Shown here: positions 61,305-64,000 of the stretch, piece after piece | How positions within the stretch are numbered: the first letter of the stretch is position 1 | Layout: each line of letters begins with the position of its first letter | IMG/VR virus record: IMGVR_UViG_3300021959_000022 | Location: 17,608 to 81,607 of that record | DNA length: 64,000 bases | Direction: 5' to 3' (one strand) | Source of the DNA: a virus | Notes under the pieces: model-generated | Told to the model about the DNA's origin: nothing | Databases searched by the model: none | What the model saw: the letters and a program-made list of their open reading frames with translations, nothing else | Made by a program: the position numbers and the translations under genes

Positions 61305-62765
61305 TTAAACCTCCTCGAATAAATTATTAAACTGTGTTGACGCATTTACTGTTTTTTTGCCTGTTGCACCCCTGGTTCCTATAATACTCATCCAATATCT
61401 CGAATACTCTTCTATTATAGCATCTGCTACGGATCTGTCATCCGTTGAAAATATCGCTTCCACAATATCACGGAACATCACTCGATCGAATGATTCGTTG
61501 ATCAACATGTTTGGTATTTTACCAGCATCATACTGTCTGTTGGCTTCCTGCACTGCGTTGATGTGCATCCAAACATTGTGGCCCATCATGATGGCATATG
61601 AAAATGAATCCCATGATGTCTTGCCTTCTTTACCAATCTTGTTGAGATCACCCGCACCATAAATGCAGATGTCCTTGGCAGTGAGTCCTGTGGTGATGGG
61701 TGAATTCATAAAACTTGTGTGCTTGCCTTCTCTCACAAATGCTTCTGAGAATGGGGTTTTGTCCTGGGCAAATGCTTTGTTGTCGATGGATGGAACCATT
61801 CTGTACACCCATTTTTCACGATCATTGGTTTCCAATTCACAGTAGATTTGTCCGTTGGCTGTGGCCAAAAATGGAGATGCACAGTCGAACGTTACTGTGT
61901 AATTTGGATTGTGATGTTTTCTGACTGCTCGTTGGATGTCTGTGAGCAGTGTGGCCCATTCCAGTTTTGATGTGCCAAGGAAGTGCATGAAGTCATGTTT
62001 GCCTTTTTCCAGCAGTCCGTCAAATCTTAGTGCCACTAATCTTTTCAACACAAGGTGCACATCACACATGTTCTGTCCGCCCATGGACCAACCGTTGAAA
62101 TGTGTTTCGGGATATTTCTTGGGATCACAGTAGTCTTTCATCTGCTCATACCAATCGTCAGCATCAGCATGATTTTCACCCTGCAACACATTTAAAAATC
62201 TACAAGAACCTGTACGATTCTTCATGAAATAATCGTTGTTGATCCTTGTGGCATTGACGGCATCCTGATAGTTGTCTATGCCAGTTGCTTTGGCGCCTGC
62301 TGGTGAACGAGCCACCCAGGCCGGAATATCAAGTATCATACCGTAGTCCATGTAAGCATCCATCCACGCAAGAACCTGCTCACGTTTCTTTTTAGCCTTG
62401 GGACAGTTAGGATCTTTCCAATCACCTTCCCAAACACCCTTACCTATTTGGAAACCACCTGAGTCGCCGAGTAGCCAAGATGATGATCTATCACGATTGC
62501 GGATCATGTCTTCCTTAGGAGAATCTCTGTTGATGTCGAGATCGGCGTGACCCGCTGAGTACAATGTCCAATTGTATTGGAACAGTCCTTGTTGGGGGTT
62601 GAGCCAGTTCAAACTTTCAACGCCATTTGTAAAATGTTGAGGAATTCGAGAGTTGTCTACATATTCCTCATGACGTTGTTTGCCTACGAATGTAGCAAAG
62701 AATCCACTCAGTGCTGGAAGAAACACAGCATAATCTTTTTGTTCAGCAGTGAGGTTGGTATTCAT
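61305..62765 (-). CDS. dpdA: TGT-fold transglycosylase, probable DNA 7-deazaguanine insertion enzyme (DpdA-like)
   Basis: 'GDSGGFQ', 'MILD', 'NVLQG', 'GWSMGG', 'HFLG', 'TFDCAS', 'HN'; clustered with folE/queD/queE and replication genes. Confidence 0.7.
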   Translation of the reverse strand: MNTNLTAEQKDYAVFLPALSGFFATFVGKQRHEEYVDNSRIPQHFTNGVESLNWLNPQQGLFQYNWTLYSAGHADLDINRDSPKEDMIRNRDRSSSWLLGDSGGFQIGKGVWEGDWKDPNCPKAKKKREQVLAWMDAYMDYGMILDIPAWVARSPAGAKATGIDNYQDAVNATRINNDYFMKNRTGSCRFLNVLQGENHADADDWYEQMKDYCDPKKYPETHFNGWSMGGQNMCDVHLVLKRLVALRFDGLLEKGKHDFMHFLGTSKLEWATLLTDIQRAVRKHHNPNYTVTFDCASPFLATANGQIYCELETNDREKWVYRMVPSIDNKAFAQDKTPFSEAFVREGKHTSFMNSPITTGLTAKDICIYGAGDLNKIGKEGKTSWDSFSYAIMMGHNVWMHINAVQEANRQYDAGKIPNMLINESFDRVMFRDIVEAIFSTDDRSVADAIIEEYSRYWMSIIGTRGATGKKTVNASTQFNNLFEEV

Positions 62766-63503
62766 CTACTTGGTTTGTGCTGGTAGGATGTATTGATATG
62801 AAGCCATTCCTGAATCAAGTGTGATTTGCAGTGCACCATCATCTGAGAATGACATCTCACATTCATTAGATTCAATCAATTTTAGAATCTGTGTGACCTG
62901 TGCCACTGGCCATGCCCACGTCTTTGTGAGTTTGCCTGTGATGCCTTTTGCAAATGTAAATTCACCTGCGTGTGATGAAGCATCTCCGAACTTGAATTTG
63001 AGTGCATCACCGTCTGTTGACACAGTGAACACATTTTCTTCTGCGTTCGCTTGTGCTTGGAAGTTTAATCTCTGCACATCTGGCATGGTTGGCTTGATAG
63101 TGACATGCCAATTCACACCCCTGAACTGCACAGATTTTAATTTTTCACTGACAATTTCAGCATTCATGAAGCGATAGTCGTTTTTAAAATCTTTGGAATC
63201 GTTCTCAAAATGCAATCCTACGGGCACAGTTTCGTTGTTGCGTTCCTGTGTGTTGACTGTGATTTCTGCTTTGTCTTTGTACACCGGAAGTTTTAACAGG
63301 ATATCGAGTTTGCCCAAGTTTGGCATACCGAACGTTCCCTTCCATTCACTCACTGGTGTCTTTAATTCTGATTTGACCACAACAGATCTGTCTTCCGCCA
63401 TGGCATCTATTGTTGTTGATTTGTCGTCACCCACCACCTTCACAAGGTCTATGAAACCGAGAGAATGAGTGTGCTTGACGATGTCTTGTAGTGTATCTTT
63501 CAT
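62766..63503 (-). CDS. Probable sliding clamp (gp45/PCNA-like)
   Basis: 245 aa, directly downstream of DNA polymerase; C-terminal 'YQYILPA'. Called from size, context and pattern only. Confidence 0.5.
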   Translation of the reverse strand: MKDTLQDIVKHTHSLGFIDLVKVVGDDKSTTIDAMAEDRSVVVKSELKTPVSEWKGTFGMPNLGKLDILLKLPVYKDKAEITVNTQERNNETVPVGLHFENDSKDFKNDYRFMNAEIVSEKLKSVQFRGVNWHVTIKPTMPDVQRLNFQAQANAEENVFTVSTDGDALKFKFGDASSHAGEFTFAKGITGKLTKTWAWPVAQVTQILKLIESNECEMSFSDDGALQITLDSGMASYQYILPAQTK

Positions 63504-63527
63504 ACTGTGTATCTCCTAAGTGTTTTT

Positions 63528-63556
63528 ATTATAGAATTATTTAGAGCTAAAGTCAA
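63528..63556 (-). promoter_or_regulatory. Composite promoter (sigma70 with embedded TAAATA)
   Basis: TTGACT-ttagctcTAAATAattc-TATAAT (17-nt spacer), then SD AGGAG. Confidence 0.7.
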
Positions 63557-63558
63557 CT

Positions 63559-64000
63559 CTAATTAAACAATTTGTCAAAGGTATTTTCTGCTTCGGAATT
63601 GCCAAGATTCCAATCCAAAACACCGATGAGGTTTTCTAATTTTTTGTTGATAAGAGTTGATTCCATTTCGTCATCTGCGAATGGTAACTCTTTGAACCAA
63701 TCTGGTATTCTCAGTTCATCTGTTGGATATGCGATAGATGTGTACCCCATGGGATTGTCCTTGAGTTTACACACGATGCATTTTTGGCCATCGATGATGT
63801 CCATGGAATACTTGTCGTTGTAAACCTTTTTGAGGGTGTTCCAATTGATGGCCGCTCTGACATGTCCGGGCATGTTGATCTTGCCTTTTCTCTTTTCACG
63901 TGAATGGTATTCAGTGAGTTTGTTCACACGACGTGGGGAGCCTTTCTCCCATCCTGGCATCTTTTTGAATTCCAAACGGAAGTCTGCGATGAAGTCCATG
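63559..64000 (-). CDS. Family B DNA polymerase, C-terminal end (5'-truncated)
   Basis: 'PGHVRAAINWN', 'I.DGQKCIVCKLKDNP', 'IAYP' resemble the gp43/PolB thumb. Confidence 0.7.
   Translation of the reverse strand, partial: MDFIADFRLEFKKMPGWEKGSPRRVNKLTEYHSREKRKGKINMPGHVRAAINWNTLKKVYNDKYSMDIIDGQKCIVCKLKDNPMGYTSIAYPTDELRIPDWFKELPFADDEMESTLINKKLENLIGVLDWNLGNSEAENTFDKLFN

Noticed and set aside
124-63899. Numerous 60-230 aa antisense or alternate-frame ORFs in the track (e.g. 19123-19722, 34886-35569, 44663-45184)
   Set aside because: They shadow well-supported genes, lack recognisable motifs and are expected from codon bias.
1-64000. CRISPR arrays, tRNA/rRNA genes, transposases or integrases
   Set aside because: No regularly spaced repeats, no cloverleaf or rRNA-like stretch, and intergenic gaps are very short; no transposase or integrase motifs seen.
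1-64000. Stop-codon recoding as in some jumbo phages
   Set aside because: Genes are full-length in the standard code, and TAA, TAG and TGA all end genes at sensible boundaries.

Overview
A 64-kb segment of a large T4-like (myovirus/jumbo-type) bacteriophage genome, densely coding in the standard code; no tRNA, rRNA, CRISPR array or mobile element was seen. It has three blocks. (1) 1-21.3 kb, + strand, virion genes: a gp6-like baseplate wedge protein, a 4261-aa modular baseplate/adhesin protein, two paralogous tail-fibre proteins and two smaller structural proteins. (2) 21.4-46.7 kb, + strand, a ~25-kb run of overlapping enzyme genes: 10 radical SAM genes (7 with an N-terminal twitch-type Fe-S domain), 4-5 glycosyltransferase-like genes, three 2OG-Fe(II) oxygenases, an amidinotransferase, a PLP enzyme, a nitroreductase, an SGNH protein and a methyltransferase. 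(3) 46.7-64 kb, - strand: RNA polymerase omega, a MoxR AAA/VWA pair, glutaredoxin, RNase H, a 7-deazaguanine DNA-modification set (dpdA/TGT, queD-like, folE, queE) interleaved with a glycosyltransferase, guaC and a purine PRTase, then a probable sliding clamp and the DNA polymerase B C-terminus. The best candidate for an undescribed system is a phage-encoded virion glycosylation and glycan-tailoring pathway: the virion proteins just upstream of the enzyme cluster carry many D-S-S/D-S-T motifs resembling an O-glycosylation sequon. Many promoters sit 5-10 nt from start codons, implying leaderless mRNAs. All calls come from reading motifs by eye; no database searches were run.
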